The notes under the pieces were generated by a model. The model made no database searches. It saw only the letters and a list, made by a program, of their open reading frames with translations, and was not told the DNA's origin. A DNA stretch of 64,000 nucleotides from Alphaproteobacteria bacterium. GTDB taxonomy: Bacteria > Pseudomonadota > Alphaproteobacteria > VGEJ01. Both the position numbers and the translations under genes were made by a program. Of the stretch, positions 42,532-53,094 are shown in pieces (the first letter of the stretch is position 1; each line of letters starts with the position of its first letter). The DNA is taken from positions 737,092 to 801,091 of the forward strand of contig CBDCMV010000002.1 of assembly GCA_965219135.1 (NCBI GenBank), written 5' to 3'.

Positions 42532-44311
42532 TCTGCATCTCGGCGTGATCGGCAACTGCGCCTTCGGCGCGCTCATCGACCGAAGCGGCGACATCGTCTG
42601 GTGCTGTTTGCCGCGATTCGACGGGGACCCGGTGTTCTGTCGGCTACTCGACGGCGCCGGCGCCGCCGAGAACGACGGCGCGTTCAGGATCGAACTCGCC
42701 GGGTTCGCCCGCGCCGAGCAGGAGTATCTTGCGAACACCGCCGTCCTGGCTACCCGCCTCTTCGCCGACGATGGCTCGGCCGTCGAGCTCACCGATTTCG
42801 CGCCCCGATTCTTTCAGTTCGGGCGAACCTATCGGCCGACGATGATCGTCCGCATGATCCGCCCCATCGCCGGAGTGCCGCGGGTCCGGATCGCGGTCCG
42901 GCCGCGTTACGAATACGGCGCTCTGGCGCCCGAGATCACCCACGGCTCCAATCACATACGCTATGTCGGTCCCGATTTCGCGATGCGCCTGACCACCGAC
43001 GCGCCGTTGGCCTACGTTCTCGACGAGACGCCGTTCATCCTCGAGGAGCCGGTCAGTCTCATCTTCGGCCCCGACGAGACCCTGCAGCGTTCGATCGCCG
43101 ACACCAGCCGTTTGTTCTTGGACATGACGGTGAGCTATTGGCGTGACTGGGTTCGGCAGTTGACGGTGCCGCTCGAGTGGCAGGACGCGGTCATCCGTGC
43201 CGCGGTCACGCTGAAGCTTTCAAGCTTCGAGGAGACCGGCGCCATCGTCGCCGCGATGACGACGTCGATTCCCGAGATCGCCGATAGCGGCCGCAACTGG
43301 GACTATCGCTACTGCTGGCTGCGCGATGCCTTCTTCGTCGTTCGCGCCTTGAATCGGCTGGGCGCGGCGAGCTTTCTGGAAAACTACCTTCGCTATCTCC
43401 TCAACATTCTGGTGGTCTCGGACGGCGGGGCGCTGCAGCCGGTGTACGGCATCGCGCTCGAATCGCGCCTGGTCGAACGCGAGGTCGCCTCGCTCTCGGG
43501 CTATCGCGGCATGGGACCGGTGCGAGTCGGCAATCAGGCCTTCGAGCACAGGCAGCACGACACGTATGGCCACGTCGTCTGCGCCGCGACCCAGGCGTTC
43601 TTCGATCGCCGCCTGGTTCGGCCCGCCGATCGCGATGACTTCGATCGACTTGAGGCGGCAGGCGAGCAAGCGTTTCGCCTTCACGATGTGCCCGACGCCG
43701 GCATGTGGGAGATGCGCACCCGCGCCCGCGTGCACACCTCGTCCAGCGTCCTGTGCTGGGCCGCGTGTGACCGGTTGGCCAAGATCGCCGCCCACCTCGG
43801 CCTCGATCAGCGCGCCGCCTTGTGGGGCGATCGCGCCGACCGGGTGCGCGGCAAGATCCTGGACCGGGCCTGGAACCCCGAGCTTGCGAGCTTCGCCGAG
43901 AGCTTCGACGGTCTCGATCTCGATGCCGGGCTCCTGCTGATGTCCGAGGTCGGTTTCCTGCGCCCGACGGACGAGCGCTTTGCCTCGACGGTTGCCGCGA
44001 TGGAGAAGGTGTTGCGCCGCGGCGATCATCTCATGCGCTACGTCGCCGCCGACGATCTCGGCCGGCCGCAGAACGCCTTCAACATCTGCACTTTCTGGTA
44101 CATCGAGGCTCTGGTAGGCTTGGGCCGGATCGACGAGGCCAGGGACATATTCGCCCGCACGCTGAGGTCCCGGAACCATCTGGGGCTCTTGTCCGAGGAT
44201 ATCGATCCCACCAGTGGCGAACTGTGGGGGAACTTTCCCCAGACGTACTCGCTCGTCGGCGTAATCAACGTCGCCATGCAGTTGAGCGAGGGCTGGGAAA
44301 CCATCCTATGA
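42521..44311 (+). CDS. Glycoside hydrolase family 15 protein (glucoamylase-like; a trehalase in some otsB-GH15-otsA clusters)
   Basis: 596 aa. GH15 (alpha/alpha)6 catalytic domain (...NWDYRYCWLRDAFF..., ...LSEDIDPTSGELWGNFPQTYS...). Confidence 0.85.
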   Translation: MADDLHLGVIGNCAFGALIDRSGDIVWCCLPRFDGDPVFCRLLDGAGAAENDGAFRIELAGFARAEQEYLANTAVLATRLFADDGSAVELTDFAPRFFQFGRTYRPTMIVRMIRPIAGVPRVRIAVRPRYEYGALAPEITHGSNHIRYVGPDFAMRLTTDAPLAYVLDETPFILEEPVSLIFGPDETLQRSIADTSRLFLDMTVSYWRDWVRQLTVPLEWQDAVIRAAVTLKLSSFEETGAIVAAMTTSIPEIADSGRNWDYRYCWLRDAFFVVRALNRLGAASFLENYLRYLLNILVVSDGGALQPVYGIALESRLVEREVASLSGYRGMGPVRVGNQAFEHRQHDTYGHVVCAATQAFFDRRLVRPADRDDFDRLEAAGEQAFRLHDVPDAGMWEMRTRARVHTSSSVLCWAACDRLAKIAAHLGLDQRAALWGDRADRVRGKILDRAWNPELASFAESFDGLDLDAGLLLMSEVGFLRPTDERFASTVAAMEKVLRRGDHLMRYVAADDLGRPQNAFNICTFWYIEALVGLGRIDEARDIFARTLRSRNHLGLLSEDIDPTSGELWGNFPQTYSLVGVINVAMQLSEGWETIL

Positions 44312-45696
44312 GCAGGCTCATCGTCGTCTCCAATCGCGTCGCGCCCATTGGCGAGGGGCAGGCGGTCGGCGGCATGGCGGTGGCCCTTCAGGCGGCGTTG
44401 AGGGAATCGTGCGGTCTCTGGTTCGGCTGGAGCGGCGAGATTTCCAAGCGCCGCGCGCGCAAGCCCAAGATGGCCGCCGACGGGTCGATGAATCAGGCGA
44501 CCATCGATCTCACGGCGGCCGATTACGAGGGCTACTACCAGCGCTTCTCCAATCACACGCTGTGGCCGGTGTTCCACTACCGCCTCGACCTCTGTGAGTT
44601 CGAACGCAGGGCCTGGGAATCTTATCTCGACGTCAACGCCCAGTTCGCCCGCCACCTGATGCGACTTCTCCGGCGCGGCGATCTCGTGTGGGTGCACGAT
44701 TACCACTTGATTCCGCTTGCGCGGGCGCTGCGCAAGCTGGGGTGCCGCGCGCCGATCGGCTTCTTTCTTCATATCCCGTTTCCCGCGGCCGAGGTCTTGG
44801 CGGCGGTCCCGACCCATCACCAGTTGGTGCGCGCGCTCTTCGACTACGACGTGGTGGGCTTCCAGACGGCGGGAGACCGCCGCCGGTTCGAGGACTACGT
44901 GGTCCACGAAGCGGGCGGCAAGACCGTGCGCGGCGCCATCGCCAAGGCCTTCGACCGTTCGTTGGGGCTTGGCGTCTTCCCGGTCGGGATTGACGCCGAG
45001 GCGTTCGCCCGCGTCGCGGCCGCGCCCGCGACCCTGCGCCGCGCCCAGAGGGTCGAGCGTAGCCTCAATCGGCGTAGCATGATCATCGGCGTCGATCGGC
45101 TCGACTACACGAAGGGAATCGCCGAACGCCTCGATGCGTACGCCCGTTTGCTCGAAACCTACCCCGAGTATCGCGGGCGGGTCGTTTTCCTGCAGGTCGC
45201 GCCGCCCAGCCGCTCCGAGGTGCCGGGCTATCGCGAAACGCGTCGCGTTCTGGAAACCAGGACCGGGCACATCAATGGCCGGTACGCGGACGTCGACTGG
45301 GCGCCGATCCGCTATCTCAATCGCTCCTGCAGCCAGCAAGCGTTGGCTGGCATGTACCGGGCCGCCCGCATCGGCCTCGTCACACCGCTGCGCGACGGTA
45401 TGAACCTGGTGGCAAAGGAGTACGTCGCGGTCCAGGACGGTGAGGATCCCGGGGTCCTGGTTTTGTCGCGGTTCGCGGGTGCCGCCTCGCAGCTTTCCGC
45501 GGCCTTGATCGTCAATCCTCACGATATCCAAGGCGTGGCTGAGGCGCTGAGGCGCAGCCTCGAGATGCCGCTCGCGGAACGTCAGGAGCGTTGGCGCACC
45601 ATGATGGACGCCATCAAGAAGTCCGATCTCGATGCCTGGCGGAACGGCTTCACGGACGCGCTCCGCGGGGCTCGGGCCAGGCTCGCGGCCGCGTGA
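44308..45696 (+). CDS. otsA: Alpha,alpha-trehalose-phosphate synthase (UDP-forming)
   Basis: 462 aa from [13 protein letters not shown] (ATGA overlap with the GH15 stop). GT20 family. Confidence 0.9.
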   Translation: MSRLIVVSNRVAPIGEGQAVGGMAVALQAALRESCGLWFGWSGEISKRRARKPKMAADGSMNQATIDLTAADYEGYYQRFSNHTLWPVFHYRLDLCEFERRAWESYLDVNAQFARHLMRLLRRGDLVWVHDYHLIPLARALRKLGCRAPIGFFLHIPFPAAEVLAAVPTHHQLVRALFDYDVVGFQTAGDRRRFEDYVVHEAGGKTVRGAIAKAFDRSLGLGVFPVGIDAEAFARVAAAPATLRRAQRVERSLNRRSMIIGVDRLDYTKGIAERLDAYARLLETYPEYRGRVVFLQVAPPSRSEVPGYRETRRVLETRTGHINGRYADVDWAPIRYLNRSCSQQALAGMYRAARIGLVTPLRDGMNLVAKEYVAVQDGEDPGVLVLSRFAGAASQLSAALIVNPHDIQGVAEALRRSLEMPLAERQERWRTMMDAIKKSDLDAWRNGFTDALRGARARLAAA

Positions 45697-45701
45697 GGGC
45701 C

Positions 45702-46673
45702 ATGTCGAAACCGCAGTCGCTAAGACTCGTGGCCGACGTCGGGGCGACCAACGTCCGATTCGGCCTGTGCGCCGCGGATGGACCTCTATGCGCCCGCGAC
45801 TCCTTCGCTTGTGCCGACTTCGACGGCATCGAATCGGCGGCCCGCGCGTTCCTCGATCGGGCAGATTCGCGGGCTCGGCCGGATCAAGGCTTCCTTGCCG
45901 TGGCCGGGCCGGTCACCGGCGACACGGTTTCGCTGACCAACCACGCGTGGCGGTTCTCGCTCGACGATCTGACCGTTGCGCTGGGACTGAAGCGCATGGT
46001 CGTCGTCAACGATTTCACCGCCGTCGCGCTGTCCCTGCCGCATCTCGGGCCGGACGGCCTGCGCCGGATCGGGGCGGGATCGCCGATCGCGGAAACGCCC
46101 ATGGCGGTCATTGGGCCGGGAACGGGGCTCGGCGTGTCCGCCCTGATCCCGGCCGCAAAGTCGTGGATTCCGATCGCCGGCGAGGGCGGCCATCGTGACT
46201 TCGCCGCAAGCGGCGAGGACGAGCTAGCGCTGCTCCGATACCTGCAGGCGCGCCACGATCACGTCTCGCTTGAACGTGTTCTGTCGGGGGCCGGCCTCGT
46301 CGCCTGTTTTCTCGCGTTCGGCGGGAGCGACGATACCGCGCCCAGTCCGGCAAGCATCGCCGCCGCCGCCGCCGGCGGCGATGCGAACGCCAGTGCCGCC
46401 GTCGGTCTATTCGCCGAGGTCTTGGGCGCGGCCGCCGGCGACCTCGCGTTGACGCTGGGCGCCCGCGGCGGCGTATTCGTGGCCGGCGGCATCGTGCCCA
46501 AGCTGGGCGCCGCCTTCGATTCGGATCGCTTCCGCCGGCGCTTCGAGGCCAAGGGACGGTTTCGCAACTACCTTGCCGAGATTCCCACCTACGTCATCAC
46601 CGCCGAGGTCCCGGCCCTCGTCGGTCTCGCCCACTATTCCCCGCCCGACACGGCGACAGCGAAAGGACAATGA
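45702..46673 (+). CDS. glk: Glucokinase
   Basis: 323 aa from MSKPQSLRLVADVGATNVRFGL (ROK/Glk family). Confidence 0.85.
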   Translation: MSKPQSLRLVADVGATNVRFGLCAADGPLCARDSFACADFDGIESAARAFLDRADSRARPDQGFLAVAGPVTGDTVSLTNHAWRFSLDDLTVALGLKRMVVVNDFTAVALSLPHLGPDGLRRIGAGSPIAETPMAVIGPGTGLGVSALIPAAKSWIPIAGEGGHRDFAASGEDELALLRYLQARHDHVSLERVLSGAGLVACFLAFGGSDDTAPSPASIAAAAAGGDANASAAVGLFAEVLGAAAGDLALTLGARGGVFVAGGIVPKLGAAFDSDRFRRRFEAKGRFRNYLAEIPTYVITAEVPALVGLAHYSPPDTATAKGQ

Positions 46674-47575
46674 CGATGAAGGAACTCGCCAAGATCGATT
46701 CCCACTTCCACTTTTTCGACTACAGCCTGCACCCCTCGGCCACAGACGGTGGCGGGAAAGCCGAATCCGCGCTTCTCGGCGATTTTTCGCCCCTGCTCGT
46801 CGACTACGGGGTCGATGACTACAAGGCCGACCTGGCCGGCCACAACGTCGTCAAGATGGTGCACGAAGAGGCCGACTGGGATCCCAACGATCCCATCGGC
46901 GAGACGCGGTGGCTACAGGGCATCGCCGATCAGCATGGATTCCCGCACGGCATCGTCGGCAAGGCCGACCTTGCCGCCTCCGATCTCGAATCGGTGCTTG
47001 AACGCCAGTGCGAGTTCGCCAATTTCCGCGGCATTCGCCAGTGCGCCAACTGGGACGACGACCCCGGGTTCTGTCTAACCGACCGCCCCCACCTGATGCG
47101 CGAGCCGGCGTGGCGTAGTGGCTATCCCATGCTCGCCAAGCACGGTCTCAGCTTTGACCACAACGTCAACTACCACCAGCTCTCCGAGGTCGCCGCGCTG
47201 ATGCGCGAGGTTCCCGAGGTGCCCGCCGTAATCTGCCACCTTGGCTTTCCCATCCACCGCACCCCCGAGGCGCTCGAGGTGTGGCGCGCCGGCATCGCCG
47301 ACGTCGCGGCGTGTCCCAACGCGTTCATGAAGCTTTCCGGCATCACCATGACAGACCACGACTGGACCACCGATTCCATCCGCCCCTTCTTTCTCGAAGG
47401 GATCGAGGCGTTCGGACCGGCGCGCTGCATGTTCGGCTCGAATTTCCCGGTCGATAAACTGTACGGCAGCTTCGATCGGATTATGGGGGCCTACTACGAG
47501 ATCGTCGCCGGGTTCTCGGACGACGAAAGGCGGGCGATGTTTCACGACACCGCCGCCGCCGTCTATCGCCTGTAG
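46670..47575 (+). CDS. Amidohydrolase-2 family metal-dependent hydrolase (LigI/lactonase-like)
   Basis: 301 aa. IDSHFHFF metal-binding start, PF04909-type TIM barrel. Confidence 0.75.
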   Translation: MTMKELAKIDSHFHFFDYSLHPSATDGGGKAESALLGDFSPLLVDYGVDDYKADLAGHNVVKMVHEEADWDPNDPIGETRWLQGIADQHGFPHGIVGKADLAASDLESVLERQCEFANFRGIRQCANWDDDPGFCLTDRPHLMREPAWRSGYPMLAKHGLSFDHNVNYHQLSEVAALMREVPEVPAVICHLGFPIHRTPEALEVWRAGIADVAACPNAFMKLSGITMTDHDWTTDSIRPFFLEGIEAFGPARCMFGSNFPVDKLYGSFDRIMGAYYEIVAGFSDDERRAMFHDTAAAVYRL

Positions 47576-47587
47576 CCTTGCCCCCGT

Positions 47588-47690
47588 TATAACAAGAATT
47601 CAGTGTTATTAATGATAAAATCCATAAAAGTATGGATAAAATGGGCGCTCGCGTCTAGTTTTCTCGCGTATACTTGGGAGCGAAGCCATG
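47588..47690. promoter_or_regulatory. AT-rich (about 35% GC) control region with direct repeats (GATAAAAT x2) and palindromes (CCATA-aaag-TATGG; TTATAAC...GTTATTAA) upstream of yeeE/yedE
   Basis: Sharp compositional break in a 68% GC background, immediately 5' of the YeeE/YedE-family membrane protein gene. Confidence 0.4.
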
Positions 47691-48113
47691 GAAAACTTCA
47701 CCCCGATTTCGGCGCTCGTCGGCGGCGCCTTGATTGGCGCTGCCGCGGCGATTCTCTTGCTGCTCAACGGCCGGCTTGCCGGCGTTTCAGGCATTGCCGG
47801 CGGGCTCACCGCGCTCGCCAAGGGCGACATGGCGTGGCGCATCTTCTTCCTCGGCGGTCTCGTCATCGGGGCGCTCGCCTACGGCCTCGGAGAACCCGCG
47901 AGCACGTCGATCACCATCCGCGATTCGTTGCCCGTTCTGATCCTCGGCGGCCTGGCGGTCGGATTCGGCACACGCATGGGCGGCGGCTGCACCAGCGGCC
48001 ACGGGGTCTGCGGCCTCGCGCGGGTCTCGGTCCGCTCGCTGGCGGCGACCGGGACTTTCATGGTGGTCGCGATGATCACGGTGTTTCTCATGCGCCACGT
48101 GGCGGGGTCTTGA
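47688..48113 (+). CDS. YeeE/YedE-family (sulfur transport-like) membrane protein, first half-gene
   Basis: 141 aa, 4 TM, conserved ...GFGTRMGGGCTSGHGVCGLAR... motif. Confidence 0.75.
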   Translation: MENFTPISALVGGALIGAAAAILLLLNGRLAGVSGIAGGLTALAKGDMAWRIFFLGGLVIGALAYGLGEPASTSITIRDSLPVLILGGLAVGFGTRMGGGCTSGHGVCGLARVSVRSLAATGTFMVVAMITVFLMRHVAGS

Positions 48114-48115
48114 CG

Positions 48116-48391
48116 ATGGTGCGCAATCTGGCCGCCGGCGTCGCCGGCATCGTTTTCGGCCTGGGCCTCGCCGTGTCCGGGATGACCGACCCGGCGAAGG
48201 TGCTTGGCTTCCTCGATGTTGCCGGGGCCTGGGACCCCAGCCTGATCCTGGTCATGGGCGGCGCCGTCGTCGTCGCGTTCTTCGCTTTCAGCGTCATTTA
48301 CGGGCGCGGCCGGGACCGCGCGCCGCCGAGGCCTAGACCGGCCCTCCGCGGGCGGCTTGCGACTGGGGTCGCGGCTCGGGCCGTGCCATAA
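48116..48391 (+). pseudogene. YeeE/YedE-family second half-gene, C-terminally truncated (homology ends about 48320)
   Basis: MVRNLAAGVAGIVFGLGLAVSGMTDPAKVLGFLDVAGAWDPSLILVMGGAVVVAFFAFSVI then an Arg/Pro-rich non-homologous tail. The second GxGxxxGGxCPG motif expected in this family is absent. Confidence 0.5.
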
Positions 48392-48990
48392 TAGCGCGTG
48401 CGTTCGATGTCCGGTGCCCACGAGCGTTTCGCCGCGCGCGAGCCGGCGGTGTTCCTGCTGCAGGTCATGGATGGCCGCGGCGTTTGGCGCACCCGCGAAC
48501 GACTCCGCAGCGTTGTTGCCGCCTTGCGCGTGGTCGCCGGGGCGCCCTTGACCTATGCGGGCGGGCGTCTCCGCCTCGTCGAAGTGGGACGCGAACCGTC
48601 CACCGGCGCGACCGCCCACCGCGAGGTGTTGCGGGCGGGCGGCGGCGCCTCGTCGGCGGCGATTCTGCGCGGCGAAGGCAACCCCGATGCGCGGGCGCTG
48701 GTATCGGCGCTACGGCGCGGTGGCGAATGGGCGCGCCACCCGCGTCGCCGCCGCCGGGAAGGGCCCGCCCGTCGAGCCCTGCGCGCGGTCGCGGCAATTG
48801 TTGTCGTGCTGGCGCTTGGCGCGACGCTTCTGGGCGATGAGGTGTGGGAAACGCCGGAGCGTGGACCCAGCGGGACCGCATCCCTGGCGGCGGCGCTGGG
48901 ATCGGTTCTCGAGGCGGCCCGCCCCTCGATCGAGATCGTCGGCGCCGCGTTCGCGCGCGAGATGGCGCCGGAGCGCGCGGCGCTGCCGAA

Positions 48991-49838
48991 TCCCCTGGGC
49001 GTCGATAAGGAACTCGCCGTAAAACTCGGGCGCGCCGGTCGAGGGGTCCCGGGTGAAGGCGACGCCGGTGGCCGAATCGGCACCCATGTTGCCGAACACC
49101 ATGGCCTGGACGGTCACCGCCGTGCCCCACGAATCGGGTATGCCATGAAGGTGGCGATAGGTGACGGCGCGCGGGTTCGACCACGAGTCGAATACCGCGC
49201 CGATGGCCGCCCACAACTGGCGGTGGGGATCCTCGGGGAACGGCGCCCCGGTGGCGGTGCGAACGTGATCTTTGAACGCGGTGACGATCGCGCGCCAGTC
49301 CTCGGCGCCGAGCGCGCGATCTTCCTTGAGGCCACGTGAAACCTTGTACTCACCAAGAATGTCCTCGAAACGCTCGCGGTTCACGCCGAGGACGACGTCG
49401 CCGAACATCTGCACGAAGCGGCGGTAGCTGTCATAGGCGAACCGTTCGTCGCCGGCGCTTGTGGCCAGGCCCTCAACGGTAACGCTGTTGAGGCCGAGGT
49501 TGAGGACCGTGTCCATCATGCCGGGCATCGAGGCGCGCGCGCCCGAGCGTACCGACAACAAGAGCGGGTTCTCGGCATCGCCGAGACGAGCGCGGACAGT
49601 CTCCTCGAGGCCCGACATCGCCCGGGCCACGCCTTCCTTCAGGCCGGCGGGAAAGCGCCCCTTCGGCGGAGATGCCGGCACACACCTCGGTGGTGATGGT
49701 GAAGCCCGGCGGCACCGGCAGGCCGAGATTGCACATCTCGGCGAGGTTCGCGCCCTTGCCTCCCAGCCGCGCCTTCATTTCGGCGGAACCCTCGGCCCGC
49801 CCGTCGCCGAAGCTATAAACCAGCTTTGCCATGCTCAT
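48991..49838 (-). pseudogene. ppdK: Pyruvate, phosphate dikinase: N-terminal about 280-aa fragment only, with a frameshift at about 49660-49680
   Basis: [53 protein letters not shown] (49838 frame), then RFPAGLKEG...[28 protein letters not shown]...GEFLIDAQG in the overlapping ORF. The about 600 aa that should follow are absent, with about 0.6 kb of featureless DNA to the left. Confidence 0.7.
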
Positions 49839-51889
49839 CCTTCGATCTCAGAAAAATCCGCCACCGCGCCGATCGTTTCACGCACCCTGGCAAGAAGCCG
49901 GAGTCGGTTCTCTCGTACCGCCGGGTCATCGGTGTTGACCGTCACCTGGTCGAAGAATCGGTCCACCGGTCCGCGCAGCGTCGATAGGCTCATCACCGCC
50001 GCAAGGGTGTCCTCTTCGCCGGACCGCGTGGCGCTGGCGCGCCCGATCTCGATCAACCGGTCGTAAAGCTCGCCCTCCTCGGACTGGCGAAAATGGACCC
50101 GAACCGCACCACTGTCATACCTGGTGTCGTCCTTGCGCTCTTCGATTCTTACGATATTGGCGGCCCGCTGATAGGCGGTCAGTAGGTTCGCGCCGTCGTC
50201 GGTGTCGAGGAAGCGCTTGAGCGCCTCCACCCGTCTTAACAAGAGTACGAGGTCGTCCTCGCCGCGCGCGAAAACCGCGGCGATCAGATCGTGGCGCACG
50301 CCCTGGGCCCGCAGATGGACCTTGAGACGGTCGGCGAAGAAGTCGAGGAGCGTGGCGACTACCGCCTCGGTTTCGGCTCCGCCGCCGCGCGCGGGAAAGA
50401 GTGAATGCGAGAACCGCAGCAATCCGGCCAAGCGCACACGAACGTCGTTCTCGATGATCAGGCGGATGACCCCGAGTGCGGCGCGGCGAAGCGCGTAGGG
50501 GTCCTTCGATCCGGTCGGCTTTTCGCCGAGCGCAAACAGGCCCACCAGCGTGTCGATCTTGTCGGCGAGCGCGAGCGCGATGCTGAGCGGGGCGGAAGGG
50601 CAGCGGTCGTCGGGGCCCCTCGGCGCGTGGTGCTCGGCGATCGCCTCGGCCACTTCGGCGTGCTCGCCATCGGCCAGTGCATAGTATCGACCCACGACGC
50701 CTTGCAGCTCGGGGAACTCGCCCACCATCTCGGTGGTGAGGTCTGCCTTGCACAGCCGGGCCGCCGATCGCGCGCGGTCCCTGTCGGCGCCGGCGATGTG
50801 CCCGGCGATTTCCGCCGCCAGTGCCTGCACACGGTCGATCTTCTCGTCGAGCGTGCCGAGCTTGGCGTGGAAGACGATTTCCTTCAGCCACGGCGCGCGC
50901 GCCGCCAGCGATTGCTTGCGGTCGGTGTCCCAAAAGAAGCGGGCGTCGGCCAACCGCGCGCGCAGCACCCGCTCGTTGCCGGCGACGACTCGGCGGCCGC
51001 GGTCCTTGGGCTTGCCGTCGGCGACGATGATGAAGCGCGGTGCAAGCTCGCCCGCGGGGGTCTGGAGCGACAGATACTTCTGGTGGTGGCGCATCGCCGT
51101 CGTCAGGACTTCGGGTGGCAGCGTCATGAAGTCCGCGTCCATGCTGCCGATCAGCACCTCGGGCCATTCGACAAGGCCCGCGAGCTCGTCGAGCAGCGCC
51201 GGATCGGGCTTGATCTCAAGTTCCTCCTTCTCCGCGAGCCCATGCGCCCTGCTCTCGATCAGCGCCCGGCGTTTTTCAAACTCCAAGATCACGCGCGCCT
51301 TGCGGAGCTTCTTCTTGTAGTCGGCGAAGCCGGTCACGGTGAAGGGCTCGGGCGCGTGGACGCGGTGACCCACCGTCGTCGCGTCGCTGGGCGCTTCGGC
51401 GATGTCGAGCGCGAGCGGTTTTCCGTCGAACAGGCATAGGACGTGACGCAGCGGGCGCACCCAGCGCGCCGGTCCCGATCCCCAGCGCATCGTCTTGGGC
51501 CAGGCGAGGCCGTGAACGAGATCGGGAAGCGTCTCCGCCAGCACGTCCGCCGTGGCCCGGCCCTTGCGGGTCCAGGTGGCGATGTGGAAATCGCCCTTCG
51601 CCAAGGTCTCCACTGCGAGGTCGCCAACGCTTAGGTCGAGCGAGCGTGCGAAGGCCTCGACCGCGGCGTCCGGCGCGCCGACCCGCGGTCCCTTGCGGCT
51701 CTCCTCGGTATCGGATTGCCGAGTCGGCAGGCCGCGCACCACCCCGACCAGTCGGCGCGGCGTGACGTGGGTTTCGACCTTACACGCCCCGAGTTTTTCG
51801 CTGAGGGCGATGCGCAGCCGATCGGCCGCGGCCGATTGCATGCGAGCCGGGACCTCTTCGGAAAGAAGTTCGAGCAGAAGCTCAGGCAT
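49835..51889 (-). CDS. glyS: Glycine--tRNA ligase beta subunit
   Basis: 684 aa, full-length GlyS. Confidence 0.9.
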   Translation of the reverse strand: MPELLLELLSEEVPARMQSAAADRLRIALSEKLGACKVETHVTPRRLVGVVRGLPTRQSDTEESRKGPRVGAPDAAVEAFARSLDLSVGDLAVETLAKGDFHIATWTRKGRATADVLAETLPDLVHGLAWPKTMRWGSGPARWVRPLRHVLCLFDGKPLALDIAEAPSDATTVGHRVHAPEPFTVTGFADYKKKLRKARVILEFEKRRALIESRAHGLAEKEELEIKPDPALLDELAGLVEWPEVLIGSMDADFMTLPPEVLTTAMRHHQKYLSLQTPAGELAPRFIIVADGKPKDRGRRVVAGNERVLRARLADARFFWDTDRKQSLAARAPWLKEIVFHAKLGTLDEKIDRVQALAAEIAGHIAGADRDRARSAARLCKADLTTEMVGEFPELQGVVGRYYALADGEHAEVAEAIAEHHAPRGPDDRCPSAPLSIALALADKIDTLVGLFALGEKPTGSKDPYALRRAALGVIRLIIENDVRVRLAGLLRFSHSLFPARGGGAETEAVVATLLDFFADRLKVHLRAQGVRHDLIAAVFARGEDDLVLLLRRVEALKRFLDTDDGANLLTAYQRAANIVRIEERKDDTRYDSGAVRVHFRQSEEGELYDRLIEIGRASATRSGEEDTLAAVMSLSTLRGPVDRFFDQVTVNTDDPAVRENRLRLLARVRETIGAVADFSEIEG

Positions 51890-52772
51890 CGCGCTCGGGC
51901 GCCGACCCCGCCAGCCACGTCTCGCAGCACGCCTTGGCCAGCGCGCGGACGCGTCCGATGTAGGAGGCGCGTTCGGTGACGCTGATCAGGCGGCGCGAGT
52001 CCAACAGGTTGAACAGATGGCTCGCCTTCATGCACTGGTCATAGGCGGGAAGCGCCAGGCGCACGGCGATCAATGCCTCGCACTCGGCCTCGGCGTCGGC
52101 GAAGTGCTGGAAAAGGCGGGTCGAATCGGCGTGCTCGAAATTGTAGGCCGAGAACTCGCGCTCGGCGCGCCGGAAGACGTCGCCATACCGCACGCCGGCC
52201 CCGTTCCAGTCCAGGTCGTAGACGTCGTCGACGCCCTGGACGAACATCGCCAGGCGTTCGAGACCGTAGGTGATCTCGCCCGGCACCGGGACGCACTCGA
52301 TGCCGCCGATCTGCTGCATGTAGGTGTACTGGGTGATCTCCATGCCGTCGCACCACACTTCCCAGCCGAGGCCCGAGGCACCCAGGGTCGGGCTCTCCCA
52401 GTCATCTTCGATGAAGCGAACGTCGTGAACCTGCGGGTCGATGTCCAGCTCGGCTAGGCTTTCGAGGAAGGTGTCCTGCATGTCCGGCGGCGAGGGCTTG
52501 AGGATGACTTGAAACTGGTAATAGTGCTGCAACCGGTTGGGGTTCTCGCCGTAGCGGCCGTCGGCGGGCCGCCGCGAGGGCTGGACGTAGGCGGCCCGCC
52601 AATGGTTCTCGGGACCGAGCGCACGTAACGTGGTCGCCGGATGAAAGGTGCCGGCCCCCATCTCCAGGTCATAGGGCTGCAGGATCGTGCAGCCGCGGCC
52701 GGCCCAGAATCGCTGAAGGGTGAGGACGAGGTCTTGGAACGAGAGGGGCGCGGAGGCGCGCGATGCCGCCAT
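51882..52772 (-). CDS. glyQ: Glycine--tRNA ligase alpha subunit
   Basis: 296 aa, highly conserved GlyQ (...[12 protein letters not shown]...). Confidence 0.9.
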   Translation of the reverse strand: MAASRASAPLSFQDLVLTLQRFWAGRGCTILQPYDLEMGAGTFHPATTLRALGPENHWRAAYVQPSRRPADGRYGENPNRLQHYYQFQVILKPSPPDMQDTFLESLAELDIDPQVHDVRFIEDDWESPTLGASGLGWEVWCDGMEITQYTYMQQIGGIECVPVPGEITYGLERLAMFVQGVDDVYDLDWNGAGVRYGDVFRRAEREFSAYNFEHADSTRLFQHFADAEAECEALIAVRLALPAYDQCMKASHLFNLLDSRRLISVTERASYIGRVRALAKACCETWLAGSAPERDA

Positions 52773-52854
52773 CGTCCGCCGGCTTCCGAAGTGGTGTTGG
52801 ACTTGGCCCGAACCTAACCAGCACCCCGAATCCGGTCAAGGCCGGATCGGCGCA

Positions 52855-53079
52855 TCAGGCGGGGTAAGGGCAGTCGGCGCGGCCGCAAGTGGTGGCGCTC
52901 TCGGCGGGGACGTAGGTCTCGCAGGCGGCGCACCGCACCATCGGTTGCGATTTGTCGGCGGGCCGGGATTCGTTGCGCGCTGCCGGGGTTCCGGGGCCCT
53001 TCATTCGGCGATCGATGATGCGGTAGCCCACGAACACCGCGGCGATAATCGCGGCGAGCACGAGCAGCTTCAACACCAT
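52855..53079 (-). CDS. Small membrane-anchored protein with a C-terminal Cys-rich zinc-ribbon-like motif
   Basis: 74 aa. N-terminal TM (LKLLVLAAIIAAVFVGY), then CAACETYVPAESATTCGRADCPYPA. Confidence 0.45.
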   Translation of the reverse strand: MVLKLLVLAAIIAAVFVGYRIIDRRMKGPGTPAARNESRPADKSQPMVRCAACETYVPAESATTCGRADCPYPA

Positions 53080-53094
53080 GCGAGGGCTCCCCCG

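Noticed and set aside
48398-49339. 313-aa plus-strand ORF
   Set aside because: Arg/Ala-rich with no homology, and it overlaps the antisense of the PPDK fragment.
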